DNA of 34,875 nucleotides from a virus (Duplodnaviria; Heunggongvirae; Uroviricota; Caudoviricetes): IMG/VR virus record IMGVR_UViG_2917413769_000004; one strand, 5' to 3'. Shown piece by piece: positions 7,292 to 16,634 of this stretch (position 1 is its first letter; each line of letters starts with the position of its first letter). The notes under the pieces were generated by a model. It saw only the letters and a program-made list of their open reading frames with translations, ran no database searches and was not told where the DNA came from. The position numbers and the translations under genes were made by a program.

Positions 7292-9756
7292 CAGCTGTAC
7301 CTCCTGCGTTGTTGCTGAGCCAGCAGACGCTCCAGCATTTTCTCCAGCTCATGCAGGCTCATATTCAGTGCGCCGGTCAACCCGTCAGGCGCTGCGGTTT
7401 CTTTGCCATTGAGGAAAAACTGAGGATTAAAGCTGACCTGAATACCGCCAGATGTCCCACCGCCAGTTGCAACTGCGCCACGACCTGAATATCCCGCAGC
7501 CATGATTTCCGGCGACGGGATACGGGGAACATCCGGTGTCATTTCGGTAGCCAGACGCTGCCCGGCCAGTGCAGCAAGTGGTGTGGTGCGCTGCAGGCCG
7601 ATAGCTGCCCCCTGAGCGATGTTGTCACCGAAGCCCATAAACACGCGGCTCGGCGAATGGATGCCCAGCTTTTCCTTGAACCAGCCACCGACGTTGTCGC
7701 CCATATCGGTTACGGTGGTTTTGAGCGACTCCCATTTGTTTTTGATGCCGTTTATCAGCCCGTCGATAAGATGGCCACCGAAGTCAGTGAACTTCGCTGG
7801 CAGATCAACGCCGAGATATTTCAGTGCAGCCGCAAAGGCTTTATAGAGCAGACCAACCGGCGACCAGTTGAGTAACAGTTTACCTATCCCAACGATGCCC
7901 CCATTAAACGCCTCTTTAATGTCAGCCCAGCGCTGTTTAAACCAGCTACTGACTGTGCCCCAGTTGCGGTAAATAAGGTAAGCTGCCGCCGCGACGGCGG
8001 TGATGGCGAGACCAATGGGATTCATAAGCAGCGCCCGACCAATCCAGAGAACGGCCCGCCCGGCGATCATAATGCCGCGAACCAGCCCACCTGACAGCAC
8101 ACCACCCAAAGTTCTGGCTCCTCTGGCGACGGCGCTGAAGCCGGTTATCAGCCAGCGGAGCTTACCGCCTTCACCGAGTGCAATCGTCAGTCGAAGCCAG
8201 TTGGCCCGCAGTAAAACGGCATTTTTCCAGACGTTAACAAAGGGGGAAATAAGGAGATTCAGCCCCAACTTGAGACCGATAGTGGCCATCTTGAAAGCGA
8301 GTAATGCTCCTACAACCTTTATGGTACCGCTCACGAGTTGCGGGTTTGCCGCTATCCATTTGCCGATACTGTCCATTAAAGGAATAAAAGTCTCACCCAG
8401 TTGGATCAAGGCCGGGCGTAGTGACTCACCAATGCTGATGGCTGCCTCGTTAAAACCAATCTGAGTTCTGCGCCAACGACCTTCGAGCGTATTATTTTGT
8501 TTTGCAGCATCCTTATCCAGCGTAGACATTGCTGACGGGGTATTCATTTCCTGCTTGCTGGAAAGGTATTTATCCCAGCCCTGACGCATTGACAGTAAAT
8601 GGTTAACAGTCTGGATATCAGTGAAGACTTCTGCCAGACCAAATGACTCCATTAGCTTCTGCTGGCCTTCCTGATCGCCTCTTGATCCTGCTGCTTTCCA
8701 TTGCTGTAAAAACGCCTTACCTTTACCGTCGATAAAACGGTTGGCAATCACCAGTGAGGCTTCGTACTGTGAAAAGCCCTGAGCGACGTAATTCTGCATT
8801 GACCCCTGATAATCCACCCCGGCTTTAGCATATTTCTGGATGGTATCTCCGCGTCCCATAGCCGCCAGCCAGTTGGACATATTGGTGACCGCTTCCTCAG
8901 CAGAGCCGCTACCTTTGCCGACCTCCAGACTGGCAACAATCTGGGTAATTGCATCTTTTCCATAAATACCACGAGCTGCGAAGGCTTTAGCCATGCCGGG
9001 TAATGCTTTTGCCATATCCTTCAGCTCAAATGACCCAAGTTTGGCTCCTGTTGCCGCAATACCAAACGCCTGTTCAAGCTCTTTCGCATCAGTGATTCTA
9101 AGCGCATCGCTGAAGGCATATGTCATTTTGGCAAGGTCGGTCATATCGGCTTTGGTCGCCGTGGCCGCCTTACCCAACATCCCTGCAAAATTTGCTGCTT
9201 GTTCCGGGTTCATACCATCAGCAACCAATTGGCCAACGCCACCCAGCAGAGATTCCTGCAGCTGATTAACCCTGAGCGATGCCTGCCGAATAGCGTTACC
9301 AATAGCCTGTTCCTGCCGGGCATCCAGATCCCCTGTGACACTGATATCCCGCAACTGCGATTCAAACGAGGCATATTGTTTGACTGAGGCCATGACCGGT
9401 GCCCCCAGTGTTCTGCCGATGGCATAGGTTTCTGCTCCCTGGCCATAGAGCGCCATGCGGTTAGCTTTCAGCGCGTCACTGGTGGCTGATACTGCTGACA
9501 GACGGCGCTGCTGGCGCTCAATTTGCTCCATTGTGCGACTTACCCGCAGCAGGTCGCTGTTGAGGCGCTGCATCCGGGAAGAGCCTAACTGGCCATAACG
9601 TTCAGTTGCACGGGTTAAGGCATTCTGGCGTTCCTGCAGGCGGCGCGATGTATCGCCCAGGGAATCAAGGGCGCGTCGTGTACCGCTGACGGCAGAACGG
9701 AAGCTGCTTCCGACAATGCCGCCAATAATGACGCCGACTGAAAATTCACTGGCCAC
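7291..9756 (-). CDS. Tail tape measure protein
   Basis: 821 aa, Ala/Gly-rich with predicted coiled-coil N-terminal region and hydrophobic central segment; downstream of the chaperone pair. Confidence 0.85.
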   Translation of the reverse strand: MASEFSVGVIIGGIVGSSFRSAVSGTRRALDSLGDTSRRLQERQNALTRATERYGQLGSSRMQRLNSDLLRVSRTMEQIERQQRRLSAVSATSDALKANRMALYGQGAETYAIGRTLGAPVMASVKQYASFESQLRDISVTGDLDARQEQAIGNAIRQASLRVNQLQESLLGGVGQLVADGMNPEQAANFAGMLGKAATATKADMTDLAKMTYAFSDALRITDAKELEQAFGIAATGAKLGSFELKDMAKALPGMAKAFAARGIYGKDAITQIVASLEVGKGSGSAEEAVTNMSNWLAAMGRGDTIQKYAKAGVDYQGSMQNYVAQGFSQYEASLVIANRFIDGKGKAFLQQWKAAGSRGDQEGQQKLMESFGLAEVFTDIQTVNHLLSMRQGWDKYLSSKQEMNTPSAMSTLDKDAAKQNNTLEGRWRRTQIGFNEAAISIGESLRPALIQLGETFIPLMDSIGKWIAANPQLVSGTIKVVGALLAFKMATIGLKLGLNLLISPFVNVWKNAVLLRANWLRLTIALGEGGKLRWLITGFSAVARGARTLGGVLSGGLVRGIMIAGRAVLWIGRALLMNPIGLAITAVAAAAYLIYRNWGTVSSWFKQRWADIKEAFNGGIVGIGKLLLNWSPVGLLYKAFAAALKYLGVDLPAKFTDFGGHLIDGLINGIKNKWESLKTTVTDMGDNVGGWFKEKLGIHSPSRVFMGFGDNIAQGAAIGLQRTTPLAALAGQRLATEMTPDVPRIPSPEIMAAGYSGRGAVATGGGTSGGIQVSFNPQFFLNGKETAAPDGLTGALNMSLHELEKMLERLLAQQQRRRYS

Positions 9757-9848
9757 GGTGGTTATCCTCTGAAAGCGGAAAAACGGAAGGAAAATGTCTG
9801 AGAGCCATGCAGAACAGCCGCGAGTAGCGGCTGTTAAGTGATGAGGAG

Positions 9849-10106
9849 TTACTGATTATCGCCGAACTCGCTTCTGATTTGCTCTTCAGCCTGCTCCAGC
9901 CACATCTCCAGATCGTCAGTATCGAGGGCATCAATCTCCCCCGGCTGAAATCTAAACCACCTCGCCAGCAGCCCCTGTGCCTGCATCAGCGTTTTCGTCG
10001 CTCTTGCCCAGCCCAGTGACTTGCTGAAATCGTTTCTGCAGCTCCATGTAGTCGGCAAGATCCATGTTATCGAGGTCTTCCGGAAGAATACCGGTGCTAC
10101 GGGCAA
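9849..10106 (-). CDS. -1 frame extension of the tail assembly chaperone (E+E'-like frameshift product, C-terminal part)
   Basis: Open -1 frame overlaps the 3' half of the chaperone gene and ends 37 nt before the tape-measure start; acidic C-terminus GEIDALDTDDLEMWLEQAEEQIRSEFGDNQ. Confidence 0.55.
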   Translation of the reverse strand: MPVAPVFFRKTSITWILPTTWSCRNDFSKSLGWARATKTLMQAQGLLARWFRFQPGEIDALDTDDLEMWLEQAEEQIRSEFGDNQ

Positions 10107-10266
10107 TCAGCGGCTCGTCCCAGTCAGCCGGGTCTTTACTGATTTTGCGCACCTGCTTCAGGTCTTTGACCGTCAGGCGTTTCAGTTCAACCTGCTCAAC
10201 TCTGGTGCCTGCAGCTGTGGTGAAGGGGTAAGACAGCTTAAAAGTATCTGATTGGGTTTGTGACAT
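9952..10266 (-). CDS. Tail assembly chaperone (P2 gpE-like), zero-frame product
   Basis: 104 aa, immediately upstream of tape measure; overlapped by a -1 frame ORF. Confidence 0.75.
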   Translation of the reverse strand: MSQTQSDTFKLSYPFTTAAGTRVEQVELKRLTVKDLKQVRKISKDPADWDEPLIARSTGILPEDLDNMDLADYMELQKRFQQVTGLGKSDENADAGTGAAGEVV

Positions 10267-10318
10267 GATCGTGCTCCTGTGTAAGTTCAGAGCAGTATGT
10301 CCGGTGGTGGGACTGGCA

Positions 10319-10340
10319 GATATTAAAGGGGATTAAGAAG
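10319..10340 (-). promoter_or_regulatory. Candidate late-promoter motif, copy B
   Basis: Plus strand gatattaaaggggattaagaag; 53 nt upstream of chaperone start; immediately downstream (minus-strand sense) of a terminator-like hairpin. Confidence 0.45.
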
Positions 10341-10362
10341 AAAGGGGCCGAAGCCCCTTTGG
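10341..10362 (-). terminator. Intrinsic terminator-like hairpin inside the tail gene cluster
   Basis: Minus-strand reading: stem AAAGGGGC / GCCCCTTT with UUCG loop followed by tttcttcttaat. Confidence 0.5.
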
Positions 10363-10364
10363 TA

Positions 10365-10646
10365 TCAGTGAGTGCGAAAGCCTTTGCAGTTACGCAGGAA
10401 GGCGATAAGAAGTGCCTTTCCTTCGGATTTGCCGATGCCGGTGAACCAGTGGTCAGGTGGCTCCCATGCCTCAATCAGGTCAGCGAGCTTCCGTGCTTTG
10501 GAGCGGGTGCAGTCAATCGGGTCATTGGTTTTACGGGTATTAAAAAGGTTTTCCACCCCCGGAATATCGAGGATGGTAAACCAGGTGCCATTCCCCATGC
10601 CAATCGAACCACAGTTCCCGCCTTTATCTTCAATCTCAACGGTCAT
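10365..10646 (-). CDS. Hypothetical protein (93 aa) between tail tube and chaperone genes
   Basis: ORF in operon context; no family recognised from the sequence. Confidence 0.5.
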   Translation of the reverse strand: MTVEIEDKGGNCGSIGMGNGTWFTILDIPGVENLFNTRKTNDPIDCTRSKARKLADLIEAWEPPDHWFTGIGKSEGKALLIAFLRNCKGFRTH

Positions 10647-10935
10647 CGTGGTTCCCCGATGCCAGCTGGGACTTCAGCCTGTACCCCTCAAACTGCCACA
10701 GCGCTTCAGTCGCATTGTGCTGCGCTTTAGCGATGGCCACTTTCCTGCCGGTCTCTTCATCAAACAGCCCCGGATGCGCCGTGGCGCTGAATCCACTGCT
10801 GACCATAAAGCCATCTGGCATCAGCGCGACAGCAATTGTCAGCGTGGTGCCCGGAACGTGGTGGGTCTGATAACTCAGCGACGCCACTAGGTCGTCTATC
10901 GTTTTGCGCTCAACTTTGGGTACCACCATGATCAC
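10636..10935 (-). CDS. Hypothetical protein (99 aa) downstream of tail tube gene
   Basis: ORF starts 4 nt inside the tube gene stop region; no family recognised. Confidence 0.5.
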   Translation of the reverse strand: MIMVVPKVERKTIDDLVASLSYQTHHVPGTTLTIAVALMPDGFMVSSGFSATAHPGLFDEETGRKVAIAKAQHNATEALWQFEGYRLKSQLASGNHDDR

Positions 10936-11453
10936 CCTCCGATATTGATGCGGTAATCAGTCAACTGGTCAACGCCGCCGACGCGGAAGATGTTGGCCAG
11001 ATAGTCCAGCTCCAGCAGCTCTTCACCATCCAGTACCTGCTTGATGTACGTGCAGGTGAAGCTACTGGAGAACTCGGCGTTCTCATGCTGTTTGAACGTC
11101 CCCAGCGGGTTCTTCTTAAACATGATCGTCAGGAAGGTGACCAGCGGAATTTCGTCAATCAGCCCCTGCGAACTGTAGCGCTGAACGCTGGAACGGCACT
11201 GCAGCGCCAGCGACTTATACGGGTTCGCGGCAGACAGCATCGCGTCGCGGTAAAAGCTGTTCCACTTGATCTCGCCCTCAAGCTTGTCGAAGCCTGCAGG
11301 GAGTTCCACCTTGCCCACCATCCCCAGAGCCTTATGCTCCTGCATGGTCATGGAGACGTCAGGCAGTTTGACCTCCTCGGCCCGGCCCAGCAGGTTAGCG
11401 CCATCCAGGTAGATGTTGGCATTCGTGATGCGGTTGATCTCAATCTTTGCCAT
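10932..11453 (-). CDS. Tail tube protein (Mu gp40 / P2 FII-like)
   Basis: 173 aa directly after the sheath gene; tube-like sequence character. Confidence 0.8.
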   Translation of the reverse strand: MAKIEINRITNANIYLDGANLLGRAEEVKLPDVSMTMQEHKALGMVGKVELPAGFDKLEGEIKWNSFYRDAMLSAANPYKSLALQCRSSVQRYSSQGLIDEIPLVTFLTIMFKKNPLGTFKQHENAEFSSSFTCTYIKQVLDGEELLELDYLANIFRVGGVDQLTDYRINIGG

Positions 11454-12880
11454 CAGCTATTCCCCTTCAGGGTTAACAGGTATTCCGAGGTGATCTCGGT
11501 CTCAAACGTCAGTCGCTCCAGTGGCGGTGGCGGCGTGTATTTGTAGCTCAGCAACAGGTGACCGGCGGCCAGCTCCGTTTCTTCATTACGGGCCGGATCA
11601 AACCAGCAGCTGAAGCCCAGCAGCGCACCGTCGCCAATCAGCTTACGACCGTAGGCGTTGACCGACTCCGTCAGCGCATCAATCAGTGCCTGGGTAATCG
11701 GCATGTCGATGTACTGCTGGCTGAAATAACGCAGGGACTCGTTGATCACATCACCGGTGCGGCGAACGTTCTCAAAGTTGCGCATATGGGTGACCGTTGG
11801 CCATGCTGCCGTCCGGTTGCCCCACAGACGCAGGCCGCTGCCGTAGCTGCTGAAGACCGTAGTGATGCCCTGTTCGTTGAGCAGGTTCACCTCACTCTGC
11901 GGGTCGTCAATCATTGCCGACAGCTGGCGCTCCACGCCGGTGATACCCAGAATCTCCTGGTTGGAGGACGACCACCAGTAGCCCTTGTCCAGGTCGACTT
12001 TGGCACGCAGACCTGCAGCACGCTGGCTCAGCGGCTCCAGCCGTTCGCTGTTGGTGGCCGCGTCGTACACCTTGACGTGCGGGTAGCACAGACGGACGCG
12101 GTCGGAGCTGGTATTGAAGTTAATGGTGCCTTCCGGGCCACGCCCCGCCAGAGCCTGCGCAAAAGTGGTACCAATCGGCGCGTCGATGTAGGTCACCGCG
12201 CCCAGCTTCTCAGCCATGGCGATAAGCTCAACCGAGACGCTGTTCTGGGTGCAGAATACCGGGGCAATCAGGATTTTGGCGAAGTAGCCAAACAGGTTGA
12301 AGCTGTCGTTAAGCAGCTTCATGCCGGTACGGTTGCCCGCCGCGTTAACGGCACCGATGATATCAGCCGGGGTGACTTTGGTCGGATCAGCATAGTTATA
12401 GCTGGCCTTCACCGTTGCATCTGCAGCAATGCTTTTACCAAGGTTAGTAATCACCCCGGTCTGCGCATCAAGCGAGTAGTCCTGACCTTCCACATAAGGC
12501 TGACCGTCGCTGTCCGGTTTCAGTACCAGCTGCGCGACCACCGGATTAGCCAGCTGTGCCTTGCCCGTCGCCTTGTCGAACGTTACGTCTTCATCGGCCA
12601 CAGCGGTTTTATGCACAGCCGGATCAAGCACGTTAATGACCAGAACGGTGCCTGCCCCATGGTCGTAGATCGCATCCAGTGCCTGCGGAATGGTAAAACC
12701 GGTGAGCTGGCTGCCAAACGCCGCTGCATCTTTCTCAGACAGGCACTGCACCAGCGTATTGACGTCCCCCATGGGGGCGGTACCAATCAGGCCAATGACG
12801 GCAGACTTCACCGTTTTTACCGGGCGGGCACCGTTTTCCACCTCAATGGTTTCGACGCCATGCAGATAGTTAGCTGCCAT
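11453..12880 (-). CDS. Contractile tail sheath protein (Mu gp39 / P2 FI-like)
   Basis: 475 aa; MAANYLHGVETIEVENGARPVKTVKSAVIGLIGTAP... is a typical sheath N-terminus. Confidence 0.9.
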   Translation of the reverse strand: MAANYLHGVETIEVENGARPVKTVKSAVIGLIGTAPMGDVNTLVQCLSEKDAAAFGSQLTGFTIPQALDAIYDHGAGTVLVINVLDPAVHKTAVADEDVTFDKATGKAQLANPVVAQLVLKPDSDGQPYVEGQDYSLDAQTGVITNLGKSIAADATVKASYNYADPTKVTPADIIGAVNAAGNRTGMKLLNDSFNLFGYFAKILIAPVFCTQNSVSVELIAMAEKLGAVTYIDAPIGTTFAQALAGRGPEGTINFNTSSDRVRLCYPHVKVYDAATNSERLEPLSQRAAGLRAKVDLDKGYWWSSSNQEILGITGVERQLSAMIDDPQSEVNLLNEQGITTVFSSYGSGLRLWGNRTAAWPTVTHMRNFENVRRTGDVINESLRYFSQQYIDMPITQALIDALTESVNAYGRKLIGDGALLGFSCWFDPARNEETELAAGHLLLSYKYTPPPPLERLTFETEITSEYLLTLKGNS

Positions 12881-13124
12881 GGGAGTCCTCCAGTTTTACA
12901 TCGTTGTCGCCGCCGTTCCTGCGCTTTGGTGACTGCACAGCCGATGTGCTGGCGGGTTTAGTCTCTTCAGATACCGGCGTCAGATGCTTCAGCGCCACCA
13001 GTACCTTCACATAGTCATGCTCCTCCGGCAGGGAAACATTCTTCCCCGGCCAGAGCAGGATTTCGGTTCCGTCCGACAGCGTGACGCCGCTGGCCGGGCC
13101 GGAATAGCGGTATTCTTTCATCAC
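12870..13124 (-). CDS. Small head-tail region protein (Mu gp38-like position)
   Basis: 84 aa; overlaps the sheath start by 11 nt. Confidence 0.5.
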   Translation of the reverse strand: MMKEYRYSGPASGVTLSDGTEILLWPGKNVSLPEEHDYVKVLVALKHLTPVSEETKPASTSAVQSPKRRNGGDNDVKLEDSHGS

Positions 13125-13585
13125 TCGCTTTCCTCATAGTTCACTTCGGTTAACAGCGGGCCGGACGGTAAGTCGCTGTCTTCGATAAAGACGCTTTCGG
13201 TTGCGAAGTCGAGAGCGTACTGCCACAGCCCCTTGACCTCACCGATAAACACTTCACGGGTCAGCCATATACGACGGCGGCAGTTCGGCGGGGTGTAACC
13301 ACCGAGGATGCGGCGGACTGCATCCAGAACGTCAATCGCACCTCTTTTACCGTTGAGCTGGCGGAAGACCACCGAGACGCAGAGCTGGATAGTCTGAGGC
13401 TGGATCACCGCACCAATATCATCGGGTTTGTCGAAGCGCGAACCGACATAGCTCAGCAGCAACGCCCCGACAGGATGATTCAGGCGGTATTCGGACGGTT
13501 TTTCCGGGAAGTACTCCACCTGCAACTGGGGCAGCTTCTCGCGCAACCGGGCCAGCACCGCATCTAGGACGGGCAGAACGTTCAT
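13121..13585 (-). CDS. Mu gp37-like head-tail joining protein
   Basis: 154 aa; position between gp36-like and gp38-like genes. Confidence 0.6.
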   Translation of the reverse strand: MNVLPVLDAVLARLREKLPQLQVEYFPEKPSEYRLNHPVGALLLSYVGSRFDKPDDIGAVIQPQTIQLCVSVVFRQLNGKRGAIDVLDAVRRILGGYTPPNCRRRIWLTREVFIGEVKGLWQYALDFATESVFIEDSDLPSGPLLTEVNYEESE

Positions 13586-14028
13586 CAGTATTTCTCCAGT
13601 AAGCCGTCACGCCCGCCAAAGGTGGGGCGGCGTGCCCGCGCCCGGATTTCACCGGACTCAGGCACATCCTTCTGAGTGGACTGCAGCCCCAGCGTCAGCT
13701 TCCCGTCGCGGATAGCCTCAAGCTGACGCCGGGCCTCTTTGTTGTCGTCTTTGACGGTGTCAGGCAGATCACCTTCAGGACGACGGACATACAGGCGGTA
13801 ACGCACCAGCGTGATGGCAATATCCCGCAGAACGGTAGGCACTTCTGCCAGCGGCAGGGTATAGCGGCCACGAAGGTGCGCATCAATCAACTCCCCGGCG
13901 TAGCGAATACAGCTGTCCACAACCGTCACATTCACCGTGGCAGGGGTGTCGAAATCCACAACCTCGTTAGTGAGCTGAATCAGCGTTGACTCAGGCACCT
14001 GTTCCTGTAAATCCGCCAGGGTGCAGTA
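13585..14028 (-). CDS. Mu gp36-like head completion protein
   Basis: Start taken at internal Met (MYCTLADLQEQ...) to avoid overlap with the upstream gene; 147 aa. Confidence 0.6.
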   Translation of the reverse strand, partial: YCTLADLQEQVPESTLIQLTNEVVDFDTPATVNVTVVDSCIRYAGELIDAHLRGRYTLPLAEVPTVLRDIAITLVRYRLYVRRPEGDLPDTVKDDNKEARRQLEAIRDGKLTLGLQSTQKDVPESGEIRARARRPTFGGRDGLLEKY

Positions 14029-14032
14029 CATG

Positions 14033-14389
14033 TCACACCCCGCGCAGGATGCGGATAACGTCACCTTCGTCCAGTGCCTCATCCAGCGCAATCCCGGCAG
14101 AGATACCCGCAGGAGTATCTTCCGTGGCGGCTGTCTGAGGAACGGCGCAGGCGTTTGCATCCGACTGGACGTTCTGCCCCTTAGCAATCGCGGCACCGGC
14201 CTCGACCGCAACAATACCCAGTACGTTGACCGGCGTTACATCACCGGCAGCGGCATCCACCTCAGCCACGCCGAGCGCGACGGCTCCGGCCTGACAGGGT
14301 GCGTTATCGGCACCGACAAAGCGCTGTTGTGTCAGCGCCGCGCTGGCCGTCACGGTAGTGGTCAGAATGACCTGCTGAGTTGTACCCAT
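14033..14389 (-). CDS. Small Ala/Gly-rich head protein downstream of major capsid (Mu gp35-like position)
   Basis: 118 aa. Confidence 0.55.
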   Translation of the reverse strand: MGTTQQVILTTTVTASAALTQQRFVGADNAPCQAGAVALGVAEVDAAAGDVTPVNVLGIVAVEAGAAIAKGQNVQSDANACAVPQTAATEDTPAGISAGIALDEALDEGDVIRILRGV

Positions 14390-14399
14390 GACCGTCTCC

Positions 14400-15353
14400 T
14401 TATTTCACGATGTTGGTGACGAGATACCCGGCATCGCCACCGACCACGGCGACTTTGTAGATATCGGTATAACGGCAGTACTTCACCTTGCCGCCGACGC
14501 CGTCGTATTTATCCGCCACCGGCATCCCTTTACGGCGCAGGGTGTAACCGAAGGACGGCTCGTTTTCGTCGGCGCTGTCGGTGCCCGGCTGGGGTTTGCC
14601 GACGTAATGCAGCATCAGGTTGTCGCCCCAGATATCGGTCGGGACTTTGTCCTTGTTCTGCGCGTCTTTCATGGAGGCCATGGAGACCGGCTCGCCGATC
14701 ACCACATCTTCCAGCTGGAAAAGGTCTTTCAGAATTTCGATGGTGATACGCTTGCGCTCGTTGGCACCAATCGCTGCCTGAATCGCCGGGTGGAACTTCA
14801 GCAGCGACATGACGCTTGCCCCCATGGTCATCAGGTTCGGACGCAGGCCTGTGGCGTTACGCACCGCTTCGATCCCGCCTTCAATGATGCCAATCGGGTC
14901 ACCCTGACCACCGGCCCAGCGTTCAGCCGCAGCCAGCGCCTTGACGTTAGCCGCGCGATAGACTTTTTTGTCCTGAGCCAGACGGGCCGCATACAGTTCG
15001 CGCTTCAGGTTGACGCCGCTGGTCACACGGCGAATGGCTTTGGCCTCTTCGTTGAACATCGACTCGGCCTGCTCGCGATAGTCCACCGGCGCGGCCAGAT
15101 CGTGCTCGTTAAGAACCAGGTCCAGTTTGCCGGTTTTCTCGCGCACCAGAACGTTGCTGTCAGCCCCCACGGCACGCTCGGTGTCGTACTCCACAAAGGC
15201 GGATTTACCGAAGGTCGGCACGGTCACACCTTCCTTATCGGTCAGTACGATAGGGAAGATGCGTTCGCCGATGAACGCGGCATTTTTATAACCGCGAGCG
15301 ATACTGGTCAGCACCGGGTCAACGACGCGCTTACCCTTTAAATAGTCAGACAT
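14400..15353 (-). CDS. Major capsid protein (Mu T / gp34-like)
   Basis: 317 aa; position after the protease/scaffold gene; the equally long plus-strand ORF 14388-15341 is His/Arg-rich antisense noise. Confidence 0.85.
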   Translation of the reverse strand: MSDYLKGKRVVDPVLTSIARGYKNAAFIGERIFPIVLTDKEGVTVPTFGKSAFVEYDTERAVGADSNVLVREKTGKLDLVLNEHDLAAPVDYREQAESMFNEEAKAIRRVTSGVNLKRELYAARLAQDKKVYRAANVKALAAAERWAGGQGDPIGIIEGGIEAVRNATGLRPNLMTMGASVMSLLKFHPAIQAAIGANERKRITIEILKDLFQLEDVVIGEPVSMASMKDAQNKDKVPTDIWGDNLMLHYVGKPQPGTDSADENEPSFGYTLRRKGMPVADKYDGVGGKVKYCRYTDIYKVAVVGGDAGYLVTNIVK

Positions 15354-15366
15354 GTTCTCTCCTTAA

Positions 15367-16464
15367 TTACAGGCAGCGGGAGACAGCAGCGTCGTAGCTG
15401 ATGCCTTCTTTTTTCGACAGTTCCAGCGCTTTCTGATGCAGCGCCAGACGTTCCGGGTCGGCTTCAGCAAACTCTGCTGACGTCGTTTTGATATCCGTGT
15501 TCACGCGGTCTTTGGTCGCGTGCTCACTGAAATTCAGTACCGGATCAGTGCTGTCCAGCAGCGTCTTAAACGCCGTGGCCAGCGGGGTGCGGGTATCGCC
15601 CTCGGCAAACTCAACCGGCTTGTCACCTGCAGAGACCGCGTCCAGGATGGCCACAACAACTGACTTCGCTTTAGGGGCCAGTCGGCCATCACCAACCAGC
15701 TTCTCGGCAAAGGAGACGTTTTCCGCGTGCAGTTTGTCCTGCTTATCCTTCGCTTCCTGTTCCGCCCGCTGGGTGGCTTCCGCTTTCAGACGTGTGTTTT
15801 CCGCCTGAAGCGCTTTGATTTCTTCTTCAGTCATGGTGCTGTTCTCTTGTTGAGGGTTGGGATTGTGTTCACTGAAGTCCGGTTCAGACTTCCCGGTGTC
15901 GCGGTAAGCCTCTTCGCGCAGGGAGTCAACCTGCCATGAAGGAAGTACCTTGTCGGTCTCATCCAGCCCGAACTGGGCAATCAGGAAATCGCGCAGACGG
16001 CCCCATAAAGAGGCGTTGGTGATATCACTCCAGTCGGCAAACTCCACGACGCCTTCTTCTTTCTCACCAAACGACACCTGCTTCAGCCCCTTAATGGAAG
16101 GTGGCTGCGCCCCCAGAAAGCCGACATGACGCAGGTAAAGCGTGCCGGGCTTCGGGTTGTTCGGTGAGTCAGGGAGATAGAACGAGGCGGAGACCTTCTT
16201 GAAGCGTCCGTTGCCCACCAGTTCGGCAAACTGCGGGTCGAGCTGGTCAGGCTCTGCCAGCAGATCACCGCCGTTAAGCGACAGGGATTTCACCCAGCCC
16301 CACGCCGGGTCTTCCGTTTTGGGGTGGCCAATAACGAGTGGTGCTTCATGGACGGACGGGTCATAGGCTTTCACGCAGGCGGCAAGATCGCTTTGCGTGA
16401 ACGGCAGTTTCGTGCCGTGCATATCGGTATGAGTACCGGCTTTAAAAATGTGAATGGCTGGCAT
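15367..16464 (-). CDS. Head maturation protease / scaffold (Mu I / gp32-like)
   Basis: 365 aa; N-terminal protease-like domain and acidic coiled-coil C-terminal half (TEEEIKALQAENTRLKAEATQRAEQEAKDK). Confidence 0.75.
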   Translation of the reverse strand: MPAIHIFKAGTHTDMHGTKLPFTQSDLAACVKAYDPSVHEAPLVIGHPKTEDPAWGWVKSLSLNGGDLLAEPDQLDPQFAELVGNGRFKKVSASFYLPDSPNNPKPGTLYLRHVGFLGAQPPSIKGLKQVSFGEKEEGVVEFADWSDITNASLWGRLRDFLIAQFGLDETDKVLPSWQVDSLREEAYRDTGKSEPDFSEHNPNPQQENSTMTEEEIKALQAENTRLKAEATQRAEQEAKDKQDKLHAENVSFAEKLVGDGRLAPKAKSVVVAILDAVSAGDKPVEFAEGDTRTPLATAFKTLLDSTDPVLNFSEHATKDRVNTDIKTTSAEFAEADPERLALHQKALELSKKEGISYDAAVSRCL

Positions 16465-16597
16465 TTTGCTGTCCCGCGTTACGTTGTCGGGGACAGTCTG
16501 TGGAAAAAGCGTCAGCAGCGCTTTTAATCTGCTTTAGAAAAAATCGGGGGTATCAGTACGGGAAATGTCACGCTGCGGGCGAATAGTGGTGCAAAGC

Positions 16598-16634
16598 GGG
16601 GGCTGTAAAGCCTTTATAAAGGTAATACAGCCCC
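16598..16634. repeat. Nested palindrome in the 214-bp gap between virion-morphogenesis and protease genes
   Basis: gggggctgta-aag-cctttataaagg-taa-tacagcccc: 9-10 bp outer arms enclosing a perfect 12-bp palindrome. Confidence 0.6.

Noticed and set aside
11558-12961. 467-aa plus-strand ORF
   Set aside because: Antisense to the clearly recognisable tail sheath gene; Arg/Ala/Gly/His-rich composition typical of spurious antisense ORFs in GC-rich coding DNA.
14388-15341. 317-aa plus-strand ORF mirroring the major capsid gene
   Set aside because: Antisense shadow ORF; the minus-strand product has capsid-like sequence and operon context, the plus-strand one is His/Arg-rich with no RBS.
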